This document shows positions 14,384 to 27,450 of a DNA stretch of 64,000 nt, in pieces. The DNA comes from the human T2T-CHM13v2.0 reference genome, Homo sapiens: the NCBI RefSeq assembly GCF_009914755.1, contig NC_060927.1; one strand, 5' to 3'. A program made the position numbers and the translations under genes. The notes beneath the pieces are model-generated. The model ran no database searches. It worked only from the letters and a program-made list of their open reading frames with translations, and was not told the origin of the DNA. The first letter of the stretch is position 1. The number at the start of each line of letters is the position of its first letter.

Positions 14384-14945
14384 TTTTTTTAACTAACAAA
14401 AAAGTTACGTATATTTGTGGTTTCCAACATGATGTTTTGATATTAACATACATTGTGGAATAACCAAATCAAGCTACTTAACATATTCATTACCTCATAT
14501 TTTTTGTGGAGAACACTTAAAATCTCTCAGTAATCTTCAAGTATACAATATGTTAACTGTAGTCATTATGATGTACAATAGATCCCTTGTACTTGAAATG
14601 GTGTGTCTTTTCACCAACATCTTCCCAGTGCCCCACCACCTACCCCATAGTAACCACTATTTTACTCTGTTTCTATGAGTTTGACTTTTTTATACTCCAT
14701 GTAACAAGTGTTACGAAGGATGTGGAGAAAATGGAACCATTGTACATTGTTGGTGGGAATGTAAATTGGTACAACCATTATGGGAAACAGTAAGAAGGTT
14801 CTTCACATAATTAAAAATAGACCTACCATATGACCCAGTAATCTACCACTGGGTGTATATATCCAAAGAGAATGAGATCAGTATGTCAAGATATCTGCAC
14901 CCCCATGTTCATTACAGAATAACTCAAACTAGCCAAGATATAGAC
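14384..14945 (-). mobile_element. L1MA with 5' inversion (antisense 14384-~14703, sense ~14703-14945)
   Basis: Antisense 3'UTR joined to sense ORF2-end sequence AACAAGTGTT..GAAGGATGTGGAGAAA...AGCCAAGATA. Confidence 0.8.
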
Positions 14946-15284
14946 ATCAAATTTTGAGAAAAGCAAGTATTCAATTATGTAGAATATACCCAACCTGCTA
15001 CAAGAGAAAAAAGCAGGTGTTTGGAAACTTCATTCAATTTTATTGTCTTCTGTAGAACACACTATTGAATTATGCTGAGTTAACCACTTTAGAGCCTGAC
15101 AGCTTTTAACAGAGAACAGACACAAGCAATCTAGAACTGGTGAAACCTGAAGGGCTCCACAGGGGCAAACACAAAACTCATCCATAGGAAGTTTCCACAG
15201 CTCAGAGCAGTAAGAATTAATTAACGTCCTTGTTTTCAGAAAAGCTATCGAAAAGAGAGGTAGAACACCTATTCTCTGTTTCAA

Positions 15285-15960
15285 TTTCTAAATTTCTTAT
15301 ATGTAGGCAACATCGTTTCTTCTTTTTTGGAAAAAAATAACTATTACTTTGATTCATATTTTGGTACTTCCATGTCAATTGGAACTACTCATAGCTATCT
15401 TCCATGTTTTTCTAACTTCTCCTGTATTTTCCATCTTTTTATCTCATTGGATTACATTCTGAGTGCTTTCTTTATGTAGTCAGCTTATCTAGTCCTTTAA
15501 TTCATCTCTTGAGGTTTTTTAAAAATTTTATAAAACATTTTCTTTTTAATAAATATATTTTATTTCTAGAATTTATATTTGGTTCCTTTATTTAAAAAAT
15601 GCTTTTTTTTAGTGTGCCCTTGTTTTCTCATAAACTTTATTCACTCCATTATCATTGATCATTCTTACACTTATTTTTAAGTCTTTTAAAGATAATTATA
15701 CTACCAGTAATTTAATTTATCTAATAGAATTCTTCCATTTGTTGCATTAACTAACTTCCTTAAGCAGGGAGTCTCTGCTATTACTTTATAATTTTGGTCT
15801 ATGAGCTCATCTTCAGAGAGTTGTCTCACACCTGTATGCTGATTATTCCATGAACTGTGGAAATTCCTTTTGGAGTAGTTCTCCATTTTCTTTTGTGGAG
15901 CTCTATACATTTCACCAGTTCCAGACAATTTTTACCTTAGACTTGTGTTCGTGCACTGCT
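15285..15960 (-). mobile_element. old L1M fragment
   Basis: T-rich degraded antisense L1-like text (ATTTCTAGAATTTATATTTGGTTCCTTT); family not resolvable. Confidence 0.45.
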
Positions 15961-16754
15961 TGGATTATGATTAAGATCCCATGAGTAGCTCAGATTTAGA
16001 CTTTCAATTTCTGCAAGAGTCTCTCCACCCATGGCCCAGGGAAGATCATCTCTTTCCATTCCATATCCCCATGCTATATCCCAGGACTGTCTCTGAACCA
16101 GATTTTCTAGCTCCCTTCATGAATTGGACAGACTATTTCCAGATATATACCTCAAGTGTACAAAGAACTTTTGACCTACGATTTAGACATGTAGACTCTC
16201 ATTTTTGTGGATTTTTTTTTAACAATTAAGAAATGCTTTGTAAGTAAAACTGACACAAGGTCATAATTTTATCAAAATCACTACATGTGATTACTGAATG
16301 GGCAACACATAGCTCAGTATCACTTACTTTGATGCCAAAATGTGAGGAAGAGGGGCTTGGTTGCCCTCCTTGATCAAGAGTAAAAGTCCTTAAATTTTCT
16401 AGCTAAAAAGACTCAAAAGACTTTTCAGACTTGGATATTAGGGACATTGTGCTTCCTTTCAAAATCCATTATGGGACTATCACCCATGAGTTTGTCTAAA
16501 TCATTCTGTACCTCTTTATATATTAAAACAGTTTCTTGCCTTTGGTATGAATAGTATGATTTTCTTATTCACTGCATTAAACAGTATTAGTCTTTACATT
16601 TACATAAAAGTAAATTTTGAAGAACAATATTTTGGGGAGGAAATTCTTTTTCTTGTTTTTTATTATTTTATTTTCCTGCCTTTCACTCTGATTGTAAGAT
16701 AATTATTAGTTTTGGAGGATTTCTTTTAGAATATCATTTTATGTGCCATTTTAA

Positions 16755-17015
16755 TAGAGGTAGCAGAGCATAGGTATTAAGATTCAATTCCCAGTTCTGG
16801 AGTCAGACTGCCTGGGTTTGAATTCAGCCAATTACTACTGATTGTGTGACGTGGGGAAGATTTTTAACCTCTGTGTACCTCAGTTTCCATATCTGAACAA
16901 TAAGGATGATGATGTTATTAATAGTGCCTACCACATAAGTTTATAAAAAGGGCTAAATAAGTTATTACACATAACGCATTTAGAATAGTTCCCCATACAT
17001 GTTACATATTATTAT
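16755..17015 (+). mobile_element. MIR, near full length
   Basis: CTGGAGTCAGACTGCCTGGGTTTGAATTC...TTTAACCTCTGTGTACCTCAGTTTCC...AATAGTGCCTACC. Confidence 0.9.
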
Positions 17016-19069
17016 ATTTCAAATTTTCATGAGGTCTTTTTGCACAGACATCTCCATAACCTAGCCCAATGATTTCATGAATTTTGGGAAATTTTCAAGG
17101 CATGTGGAAAGAAACAATCCTATGCTATCAACTTTTATGATCTCTTGCTTTTTCATGAATGGGTGCTTTGAAAATTATGAATCCAAATAACCCTTCCTTT
17201 TTTCAATCAATACTTTCATTGAGACTATTTATAGGAAATCTCTCGGGAATGGAGGGAGTTGAGGTAACATAAGAACCTTTCAGCTTTGTGGCCAGAGTGT
17301 GCCTTCATACCTCCCTGCTGGTCCTATGGGCCAAGATAAACATGCCTGGCAAGGAATGCCTTGCTTACTCCACCCTGTCAACTAGGAGGTAAAGGTTTTG
17401 GACTGTGGTATTGCTACTCCACCCAACTTCTGTTCCATTTTTAATATACCTTTGAGATAAAGTGTATTGTCTCCTTTTTTAAAAAAAAAAAAGCCTTGAA
17501 GGTGTGGCTGACAAGAAGGAAAGCAATACCCTGCCACTGGCTCACACATGAAAAGTCTTCCAGCCCCAGATCATGACTTGACTCTCTATTCTGGCTATGC
17601 AGCTCAGGCTCTACATTTTGTTCGGTAAAAGCAACAACACTCACATACCTCACCACCTGGAAAAAATGCTAGAAATTGTCCCTGGCAAACACCCAGGAAT
17701 GTAATTGAGCTCACAATGGCCAGCACAGAAAGAATTGCTTTCCTCAACAACTGTGTTGCTGAAAGTCTGCATGAAAATCAAATGTTTGAAGTTGGATCAT
17801 TTCTTAAGTGCATTGGGAATTTGCTACTTAATGAATGCTACAGAGACTTATTTATTGAATAATGATAAAGTAATAGTGATCCTTTTTATCTATTTTTCAC
17901 ATTTAGAATTTTGAAATCTAGTTTTCTTTAAAGCAAGACACACCCATAGCATTAGTTTCTCCACTACATGTGTCATCTAAGCTTTGGGTGCTCAGTTTTC
18001 TTTCGGGGAATACTAGGGGATGAGATTCAATGACCTCTGCAGTTCCTTCCAACTTGAAATTCACTATGTCTAACTAAGGCAGTCTAGGAATAACTAGAGA
18101 TAAGCCCTCTGGTTTGGTTATTTCTGATTTTCTCATTTCATCCATAATCTGAGAAACTGTGTGCTTCTAGCATTAGTTTCTCACATAGCTCCATGTGAAG
18201 CTTCACAGTTGGGCTGGCATGACTGTCTTGGTGGGTATGACACAGAAAGCTAGAGCCATAGTAAACTGATATTTTGAAGCTCCCTCAGAGATCTCTTTCA
18301 ATGGCTATCTTTCCTTCCTTATTTTTGGCCATGAGAAAAATTATTATAGAAGATTAGGAGTGCCTCTAACAATTTTATAAGTTAGGACCTTCTTTCTGGA
18401 TGTTTTCTGAGGCATAAAGCACTTTATACAATATTTTGTTATTTGTTATGAGCGCCAGTGATGCAATAAAGGGAAAACCATATTGGCTCTACTTCATCTA
18501 CTGGAAAAGTGCACTATAAGTTAATTTGGTTACTTGCCAAAATCATCCAGCAGATTGCTAATGAAGCCAAAGATACTCAATTTTGTGACAGAATTACTAA
18601 GCTACACTGCTTGAAGTTAAAATGTCTGACACCAGGTATTTTTTAGTTTGTAACTTTCCTTACTATCTCCACTGAACATCATCCTCTTCATCCAGGGAGC
18701 TCACACGTTCACCAACTCACCCTTGAAGTCATCTCAAGAACAAAAGACAACTGAAAGGTAATATTTCAAATATTAATTAGATATTTGCGGTGTGCCTCAG
18801 TTCACCCAACCCATAAGCCTTTAAACACAAATGTAAGTAGAATTTTGACCCCCTCTAAGGCTGAATAAATACTCACACATTAGTGTGAGCATTTGAAGTC
18901 ATAGAGATAAAAAAGAGTGTGTGATTCATGTCAGCATTATTTCATCTCTTCAATGACATAAATAAATGTGATAATCTATGTGAAATGTCTTGGCGAACCT
19001 AAAAGAATGAATAATCATATCTGGTGTTATCATTGCATACAGGAATAATATTAATAGCATTGTAAACTA

Positions 19070-19960
19070 TCATCTGACATTAAAAAGACCATTAAGCTAT
19101 ATTATAAAACACTTTATACCAGTAAATATGACAATTTATGTGAAATTATTACCAAACTACACAGAAAGGAATGGAAAATATAAATAGTCCTATATTACTT
19201 TTAAAAAACTAAATCATTTTTGTAAACCTTCTTACAAAGAAAACTCCACATCCAGGTAGCTTCGCCAGTGAATTTGAAGATGAAATAACACCAATTTCAC
19301 ACAACATTCCCAAAGAATAATAAAAAGTGATAATAGGTATTTTCCTCTTATTTATTAGCACAGCATAATCTTGATCCCAAAACCTGGCAAGAACATTACA
19401 AGAAAGGAAAATAGCAGATACATGGTTGCAAAATGATCAAGTAGGCTTTTTTCCAGGACTAGAAGAATGGTTTAGGATTCAAAAATCAATCAATGTAATT
19501 TACCACATTAATAAAAAAGAAAATCACAAAATAAATTCAATAGATTCAGAAAAGGGGTTTGATAACATTTAATACACATTCATGACAAAAAGTGCCTAGC
19601 AAACCAAGAAGACTTCCTTGACATGACAAAGTGAATACAAAATTTCTGTGCAAACATTATAGTTAATTATAACTTTTGGAAGAAGACAAGAATGCCCACT
19701 ATCACCACTGTTATTCAAATTATGCTAGAGGTCCTATTGTGTGTATTAAGGTAAGAAAGAGAAATAAGAGGCATAAGGAATTGGAATTGGAAAGGAAAAA
19801 TATAATTTTCATTATTTATTGTTAGAATTAATAACTGCATTTATCTAGCCCATTGGATATAATATCAATATTCAAAAATCCATTAACTTCTCTATATAAG
19901 GAATAAACAAATAGAAAAATGAAACTTTTTGAAAGATACCATTTACAGTAGCAATTAAAA
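19070..19960 (+). mobile_element. old L1M ORF2 fragment
   Basis: AAGAAAACTCCA...CCAAAACCTGGCAAGAACATTACAAGAAAGGAAAA...ACAAGAATGCCCACTATCACCACT, degraded RT-region sequence. Confidence 0.8.
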
Positions 19961-19971
19961 CATCAATTTTA

Positions 19972-20197
19972 TGCTGGGTGCAGTGGCTTACACCTGTAAT
20001 GCCACCACTTTGGGAGGCCAAGGCAGGTGGATCACTTAAGCCCAAGAGTTTGAGACAAGCCTAGGCAACATGGCAAAACCCTGTCTGTACAAAAAGAAAA
20101 AGAGAGAGAGAGAGAGAGAGGGAGAAAGAAATTATATATATGTAACCTATATATATAATTATATATAAACACATCAATTACATATATATATATAAGC
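19972..20197 (+). mobile_element. Alu left monomer (FLAM_C-like) with (AG)n/(TA)n-expanded tail
   Basis: Monomer 19972-~20100; TSD ACATCAATTTTA at 19960-19971 and 20198-20209. Confidence 0.85.
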
Positions 20198-21722
20198 ACA
20201 TCAATTTTAGCAGGTGTAAGCAAAGGAATTTAAAGAATGAACATCAAGAAATGACTGTTTTAAGAGTTACAATTTGATGTGACAGGTGCTTGAAAATACA
20301 ACCAAAATCAATACATAAATATAACTCATTTTTAATAATCCAGTGTCCAAATCTTTCTTATTCTTGCTCTCATCTGTTAGCTTCTAGATTTCTCAAATGC
20401 AAAATATCACAGCTATTTGAAAATTCACCAGTCATTACCTAACACCAGATAACAGGAATGGCCTTCAGGAAACTTTCCACAGAAGCCTTGGTTTTAAATT
20501 GATTTTATTTACAGGGAGAGTGAAAAATAAGGATAAATTAATACACAATAGTCCAAAGTCTCTTAAAGGCATAATCTTACATGAAATCAGATAGCTTCTT
20601 AATGCAGAACATCTTATAGTATGTCACATGAAAATATACAAAGTGTTTACGGAAGCAATTTTGAACTAATAGAGAATTTCTGAATACTACGTCAGGCAAG
20701 GTGGAAAGTACTCAAATAATGTGTGAATTTATGATGAATTTGCTAGACTTCAGGGCCAACTTGAAATCCTCTTTTTACTCCTCCAGACGTTTCCATACAG
20801 TTCCTCGCTCAGAACAGCTTCAGCTGTCTATGGGAAGGCTTCACAAGACAAAGAGCTAGGACTTGGCCATTTACACAAAACCAAAAGTGAATTACCCAGA
20901 GTGTGCTGGCAGAGAGACTTGAATGTAAGGACATGGGAAAATCTACACAGGTTGCCAATGGTTTGTGACTGTGAGAAAAGAAAAGAAAAATTAAAGAAAA
21001 TCTTACTAGCATAATTCACATTGGACAACATGAGCACATTCCAGTCAATCCACTTTATAGACATGATCTCACTGGTCTCCCCAACATCCCTACAAGGAAA
21101 TGAGGGGGACCAGTATGGCTCCACCCTTAGGTCAAAAGCCCATCCTTCACTCCCACTTGTGGCTGTGAGTGGGTGGAACACATTTAAACAGGGGAACAAA
21201 TTACCATCTTCCTTGCTTTTGACCCTTTAACATGCGGGTGAGCAAGTCTGCCTTTTCCCTGCTTGAGGCCATACAATTCCCAAAACAACTTGTCTGAAAT
21301 GTTGGGGGCTGAGTCATTGGCCAGTGATAGTTTTCAAACAACTGCTGGTTTGTTTCTCAACCACTGCTTGGCCATGCTGACTTGGACACAATACAGCATG
21401 TAATAAAAGTGCCTGGGATATTTTCCTCCTTGGCCCAGAGAAGACTTTTAGAAGGAAAGACAATGGTGAATACGGAAGGGGAGATGAATGCACTAGAAAG
21501 ATATGTTGCCAGCATTGTGCTCAGCCGAAGAGAAGCTTTGAGACCAAGAAATGTGAGCATATTGGGCATCTAGAAGTTCTCCCAGATAGTAGCGTAGATC
21601 TCCATTTTTCTGGGTTGTTTATTGTTGTTGTTTGTTGTTGTCATTTTCTGCACTATGCTGCCTCTCAAGACTCCCTTATGTGTGCTATAAAAAAAAATCC
21701 ATGACAGAATGGTCTATTCTCC

Positions 21723-21804
21723 ACAAAAATAGTTACTATTGTTGTTGAGGTGTTACTAATAGTTACTAGTAGTTACAAAAATAGTTACTAATGTTGTTGA
21801 GGTG
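21723..21804. repeat. 30-bp direct duplication with templated spacer
   Basis: ACAAAAATAGTTACTA(T/A)TGTTGTTGAGGTG at 21723-21752 and 21775-21804. Confidence 0.9.
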
Positions 21805-22599
21805 AAGTCAATGGGAAAGATAGTAGTAAAATAGCAAAAATGTATTAGATAGTATTTTTCACATTGGGAATATAAGACAATTCATTCAAAAACCAACTCC
21901 TTAGGATTCATTTTATTATCTTACACTTAAAAATATGTTTAGATTTTTCTTTCTTGCACTAGAAATTAAATTGTCCTATATATTGAGGGATGAAAAGCAC
22001 AGATGATTATCCGTATAAATATTGACACACATACTCACTCTATCCACATAGCTATCTGTTATGGATAAAGAACTCGGCAACTTCTAGCAGTCATCTGAGA
22101 TGAGCACCATATGTGCATTATTTCACTAAAGCTTTCAGAGCTTGAGAAAAATAGCCTGAAGAATAAGATTGTTTCTTTCTGAGCCAAGGTTGCAATCTTC
22201 CAAGTCCAAGATGTGCTTGAAAATACTCATTAGGTAATTGTCAAAGCCTAGGAAGACCAGTTTAAGAATATGAAATAATATTACTACTGACTTCTCTTTT
22301 TGTGTTCAATCCAGATGGAAGCTGGACACATGAGAAGTGACGTTTGTATAATAGCAAAGAAAAGAACAGAGAACAAGAAAGCAAAACCCTTCACACCTAT
22401 GTTCTCTTTATAGGATCTCATTACTGTTTGCTCTCTATAATCCCCAGAAAATAGAAAAAGTATATCTATCCAATAAGTTGTGGAAAGTCTCCCTCTGTCC
22501 TTCTATAATAGAGTTTCCAGTCATTGTTAGACAACTGCATTTCATTCACCAATAGTGGCCTATTGAAATCATCAACAGGAGAAACAGTTGTTAATATCA

Positions 22600-22765
22600 A
22601 ATAAAGAGTCTTGCAATGGAAGTCAAAATACTTTACTCTTTCACTAACTTGGTGTATGATCTTGAGCAAGTCATTTAACCTCTCTAAGTTTGCTTGCCTC
22701 ATCTGTCAAACAAGAGAGATGAGATAAATTATCTCCACAGGCATTTTCAGAACTATTCTAGTCTT
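22600..22765 (+). mobile_element. MIR/MIR3
   Basis: GATCTTGAGCAAGTCATTTAACCTCTCTAAG...CTCATCTGTCAAA core. Confidence 0.75.
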
Positions 22766-23034
22766 TTTGGAAATTGGTTTATATTTGTAGAAAAGGTTCA
22801 ATCTGTTTCTGGCATGGCAGTGACCAAGTCAGAATTTCTATTTGGGAGATGAGAAAAACACATTAACAAGATTAATTACTGTAGCTGAAAGATACATAAA
22901 TATGGATTGGGGTGTATTTTTAATACCACAAAAACTTCCATTCCTGAGTTACTTCATTAGCAACTGTTACTTCAACCATCTAGGTTGAGGTTTTCCAGTA
23001 ATTCTAGGTCAGCAATTATGGACCCTACTTATTT

Positions 23035-24397
23035 TCTTTTTTTTATTATACTTTAAGTTCTAGGGTACATGTGCACAATGTGCAGGTCTGTTACATATGT
23101 ATACATGTGCCATGTTGGTGTGCTGCACCCATTAACTCATCATTTACATTAGGTATATCTCCTAATGCTATCCCTCCCACCTCCCCCAACCCCATGACAG
23201 GCCCCGGTGTGTGACGTTCCCCTTCCTGTGTCCAAGTGTTCTCATTGTTCAATTCCCACCTATGAGTGAGAACAGGCGGTGTTTGGTTTTCTGTCTTTGC
23301 GATAGTTTGCTCAGAATGATGGTTTCCAGCTTCATCTATGTCCCTACAAAGGACATGAACTCATTCTTTTTTATGGCTGCATAGTATTCCATGGTGTATA
23401 TGTGCCACATTTTCTTAATCCAGTCTACCATTGATGGACATTTGGGTTGGTTCCAAGTCTTTGCTATTGTGAATAGTGCCGCAATAAACATACATGTGCA
23501 TGTGTCTTCATAGCAGCATGATTTATAATCCTTTGGGTATATACCCAGTAATGGGATGGCTGGGTCAAATGGTATTTCTAGTTCTAGATCCTTGAGGAAT
23601 CGCCACACTGTCTTCCACAATGGTTGAGCTAGTTTACAGTCCCACCAACAGTGTAAAAGTGTTCCTATTTCTCCACATCCTCTCCAGCACCTGTTGTTTC
23701 CTGACTTTTTAATGATTGCCATTCTAACTGGTGTGAGATGGTATCTCATTGTGGTTTTGATTTGCATTTCTGTATACTATAAGGCTCCAGTAACCAAAAC
23801 AGCATGGTACTGGTACCAAAACAGAGATATAGACCAATGGAACAGAACAGAGCCCTCAGAAATAATACCACACATCTACAACCATCTGATCTCTGACAAA
23901 CCTTACAGAAACAAGAAATGGAGAAAGGATTTCCTATTTAATAAATGATGCTAGAAAAACTGGCTAGCCATATGTAGAAAGCTGAAACTGGATCCCTTCC
24001 TTACACCTTATACAAAAATTAATTCAAGATGGATTGAAGACTTAAATGTTAGACCTAAAACCCTAAAAACCCTAGAAGAAAACCTAGGCAATACTATTCA
24101 GGACATAGGCATGGGCAAGGACTTCATGACTAAAACACCAAAAGCAATGGCAACAAAAGCCAAAATTGACAAATGAGATCTAATTAAACTAAAGAGCTTC
24201 TGCACAGCAAAATAAACTACCATCAGAGTGAACAGGCAACCTACAGAATGGGAGAAAATTTTTACAATCTATCCATCTGACAAAGGGCTAATATCCAGAA
24301 TCTGCAAAGAACTTAAACAAATTTACAAGAAAAAAAATCAAACAACCCCATCAAAAAGTGGGCGAAGGATATGAACAGACACTTCTCAAAAGCAGAC
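23035..24397 (-). mobile_element. L1PA (PA4/5-like), 5'-truncated with twin-priming inversion
   Basis: Antisense 3' end 23035-23771, sense ORF2 piece 23773-24397; TSD GACC(C/T)TACTTATTT at 23021-23034 and 24395-24408. Confidence 0.95.
23336..23767 (-). pseudogene. L1 ORF2p C-terminal (cysteine-rich) fragment, non-functional
   Basis: [46 protein letters not shown]...[19 protein letters not shown] matches the L1 ORF2p C-terminus. Confidence 0.9.
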
Positions 24398-24794
24398 CTT
24401 ACTTATTTGCTGAGAAAAATCTCTTGTATTTTCCATCCGTAAAATTTTCACACCAGTGGCCTTGTTCCATAGGGTCCAAAGGAGACTGAAAGATTGGAGG
24501 GAGGAATTAAAAAAAAGATTTATGAAGAAAGTTTAAAGGAGGTAGAAAGAGTTTGAGTGGGGAGTGTATTTAGTCTAGAAACAAAAACTATGAAGTGTGG
24601 CTTAATAAAAGTCATCAAGAATATGAAAGACCAGCTGCTCTCTATTTCCTCAAAGACTAAAACACAAGAAGACTGCTTTCAATTACAACAGCAGGTGGTG
24701 CTTTGGGTTAGACCCAAATTATTTTCTGGTTGGGTACCCGAAACAAGTCACTAAGGGAGATTTTCACCACTTTAAGACTAAGACAGATATGAGG

Positions 24795-25030
24795 CTAATA
24801 TTAGCTCATGTGTATGAAGGGCTTCTATACTGAGGCTTGTGCTAAGTATATTACATTGGTTATCATCTTTCATTCACAACAGCCCTGTAAAAAAAGTGTT
24901 ACCACTATTCTCATTTTGGAGATGAGAAGACTAAGAGTCACCATATGGCTAGCAAGCAGCAGAGTGTGATATGCAACCAGGGTGTTGGACTCCAGAGCCA
25001 GCTCTCTTCACCATGAGGCTCTGCTGCCCT
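24795..25030 (-). mobile_element. MIR
   Basis: TTCACAACAGCCCTGT...CTCATTTTGGAGATGAGAAGACTAAG...GACTCCAGAGCC. Confidence 0.75.
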
Positions 25031-25116
25031 GAGTCTCACATAATTAGCTGCAGTTTTCTTTGGAATAAGAAAGGGAAACTATTGAATTTAACTTTCAAAT
25101 CTAGGAAGGCCTTTTA

Positions 25117-25476
<360 letters not shown>

Positions 25477-25617
25477 TTAGAAGTGTCTTAAGCATGCTTT
25501 TGTCACAGTATTATAATCACCTGCTCACTAACAAGGACATGAAACATGTTACATCATGATTCTGTATTATAAATATTTTAAATCCTTATAAGGTTGGGGT
25601 ACTTCTGGTCTGACTTT

Positions 25618-26183
25618 TATGTTCAGAATTAAGTAAAAGGAATGTGAAATTAAAAAAAAAAAAAAGAAGTGCCTTAAGTGGTTTAGAGTTGTAGAAAGAT
25701 CATAGAACATATAAGCTCTCACCAGCTTTGTGACCTCAGGCATCTCCGTTAAGCTCTCCAATGCTCAATTTCCTCTCTTACCTATTGAACAGTATCTGTT
25801 GAGCATGTACACTCTCACATCAGAAATTCGATGGTAAATAAAATCTGAAAAATCAGAAAAATAATAACAACCACACAGCATTGTTGTGTTTAGCACTCAG
25901 TGAGCACGAGCTCCCTCCCCACTTTACCTTCTGAATAAGGGATTTGGGTTGCAGAGGAAAGAACTCGCTGACATTAAGTGTGAAATATGCCACGAAGTGT
26001 AGAAAAAATAGAATAGAGAATCATTATCTTCTGTATGAACTTTTTGAAAGTCCAGAGAGAAAAATCACCAGTAGGGTCATTGTTTGCTTTCTCCTTTGTA
26101 TGTTCAGAATTAAATAACATGTATGTGAAATTTTTTAAAAAGAAGTGTCTTAAGTGGTTTGGAGTTGTAGAATTCTCATAGAA
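25618..26183. repeat. diverged ~85-90-bp direct repeat pair (25618-25707; 26099-26183)
   Basis: TATGTTCAGAATTAA...ATGTGAAATT...AAAAAGAAGTG(C/T)CTTAAGTGGTTT(A/G)GAGTTGTAGAA...TCATAGAA in both copies. Confidence 0.85.
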
Positions 26184-26189
26184 TTTTTT

Positions 26190-26395
26190 CATAGCTTTAT
26201 TATAGTACTTATCATATTTTAATTATTTTTACATGCCTTTCTCCCCCATAAGACTCTATATTCTACAAGTCAAAGTCTGTCCTTTGCTCCTTTCCATATT
26301 TACCAAAATTTTACCCAGCCAGGGCTTGGCACATAATAGCTACCAATAAAATATCTGTTAAAGAATGATTGAATAAAAAATAAATAAATGAAAGT
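26190..26395 (+). mobile_element. L2 3' end
   Basis: CTTGGCACATAATAG...CAATAAAATATCTGTTAAAGAATGATTGAAT. Confidence 0.7.
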
Positions 26396-27249
26396 TCTCA
26401 GCTGGAAAAGAAGGAAAAGAAAATCACAGGAGATAATATATAAACTGGAACTTATTTCACAAACTAAGACGTATTTCATTGAAAATAAGACTTTTCATTG
26501 AAAATGGAAATAAGTTTTTGTTTCATTTAGATGTAGAAAGACCTATAATTAGGCACAATGTGTAAGCATCCCTCATGATTGTTTAAAACTTCAGAACTCT
26601 CTTTTTGGCAGCTCTTGAGGGACACGATAAATTTTAGGGTTTTTTTTTTCAAAGGAGTGGGTTGTCCTTCTGGGAAGCAGGTGGATAGGACCACAAGATT
26701 TCTTCCAGCCTGAGCTTCAGTGACTCAGTAATTCTAAATGAACCCTCAGGAATCCTCTCAATCAAATGATTCTTTCCAGTTACCCTGACTGTGCCACAAA
26801 CAAGCTCACATTGAAAGAAAAGCCCAAATATTTAACCCAATATTGTCATATTGCAAACATTCTGTTTTTACCTAAGTGCATGCTTTCAGCCCAACAGAAG
26901 TGCTGTGACTGGACTTTGTCTCTATAAGACCAAAACAATAAGCTAAAAAAAAACCAACATTTCATGAAATTAGGTTTTGGGGCCAAAAACTGAGATGAAG
27001 TTTTAGTTTGTTTGTTTGTTTTGTTCAGTTTTAGTGAATTGACTATGTACACTGTTCAGAGCGGTCAAGCAGGTCCAGGTTCTGATTCTTGGACACTACT
27101 TCAGTGCTCAGTGCTCTCGGGTCTGAAATCCCATGATGTTCTGGACTTGTTTAGGCCTGTCATGTAGCAGGTGATGGAAGGCCACCATGCCACCGAATCA
27201 AATTTAGAGCATGAATTTACAAGAAGGGCTCTCTTCTCAAATTTAGTCA

Positions 27250-27450
27250 CTGTGTAATGAGCTCCTCCTGGGTGCCTAGTACTGTACTGGACATTTTATA
27301 TATATTCTCTATATCCCTAAAAACAATCTTGTAAGGCAAGGGTCATTATTTCTATTTTAAATGTGTAAAATTGGACAAATTTCCTAAGGCTATCTGTCTA
27401 GCTACCAAGTTAGAGTCAGGATTCAGACTCAAATGTATCTCTCTGCCTGC
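27250..27450 (-). mobile_element. MIR
   Basis: AACAATCTTGTAAGG...TATTTTAAATG...AGAGTCAGGATTCAGACTCA. Confidence 0.6.

Noticed and set aside
21723-21804. Repeat-spacer-repeat pattern superficially like CRISPR
   Set aside because: Only two units, spacer derived from the repeat itself, eukaryotic context, no cas genes
23694-23948. Chimeric 84-aa ORF
   Set aside because: By-product of the L1 inversion junction; non-ATG start and no expression signals
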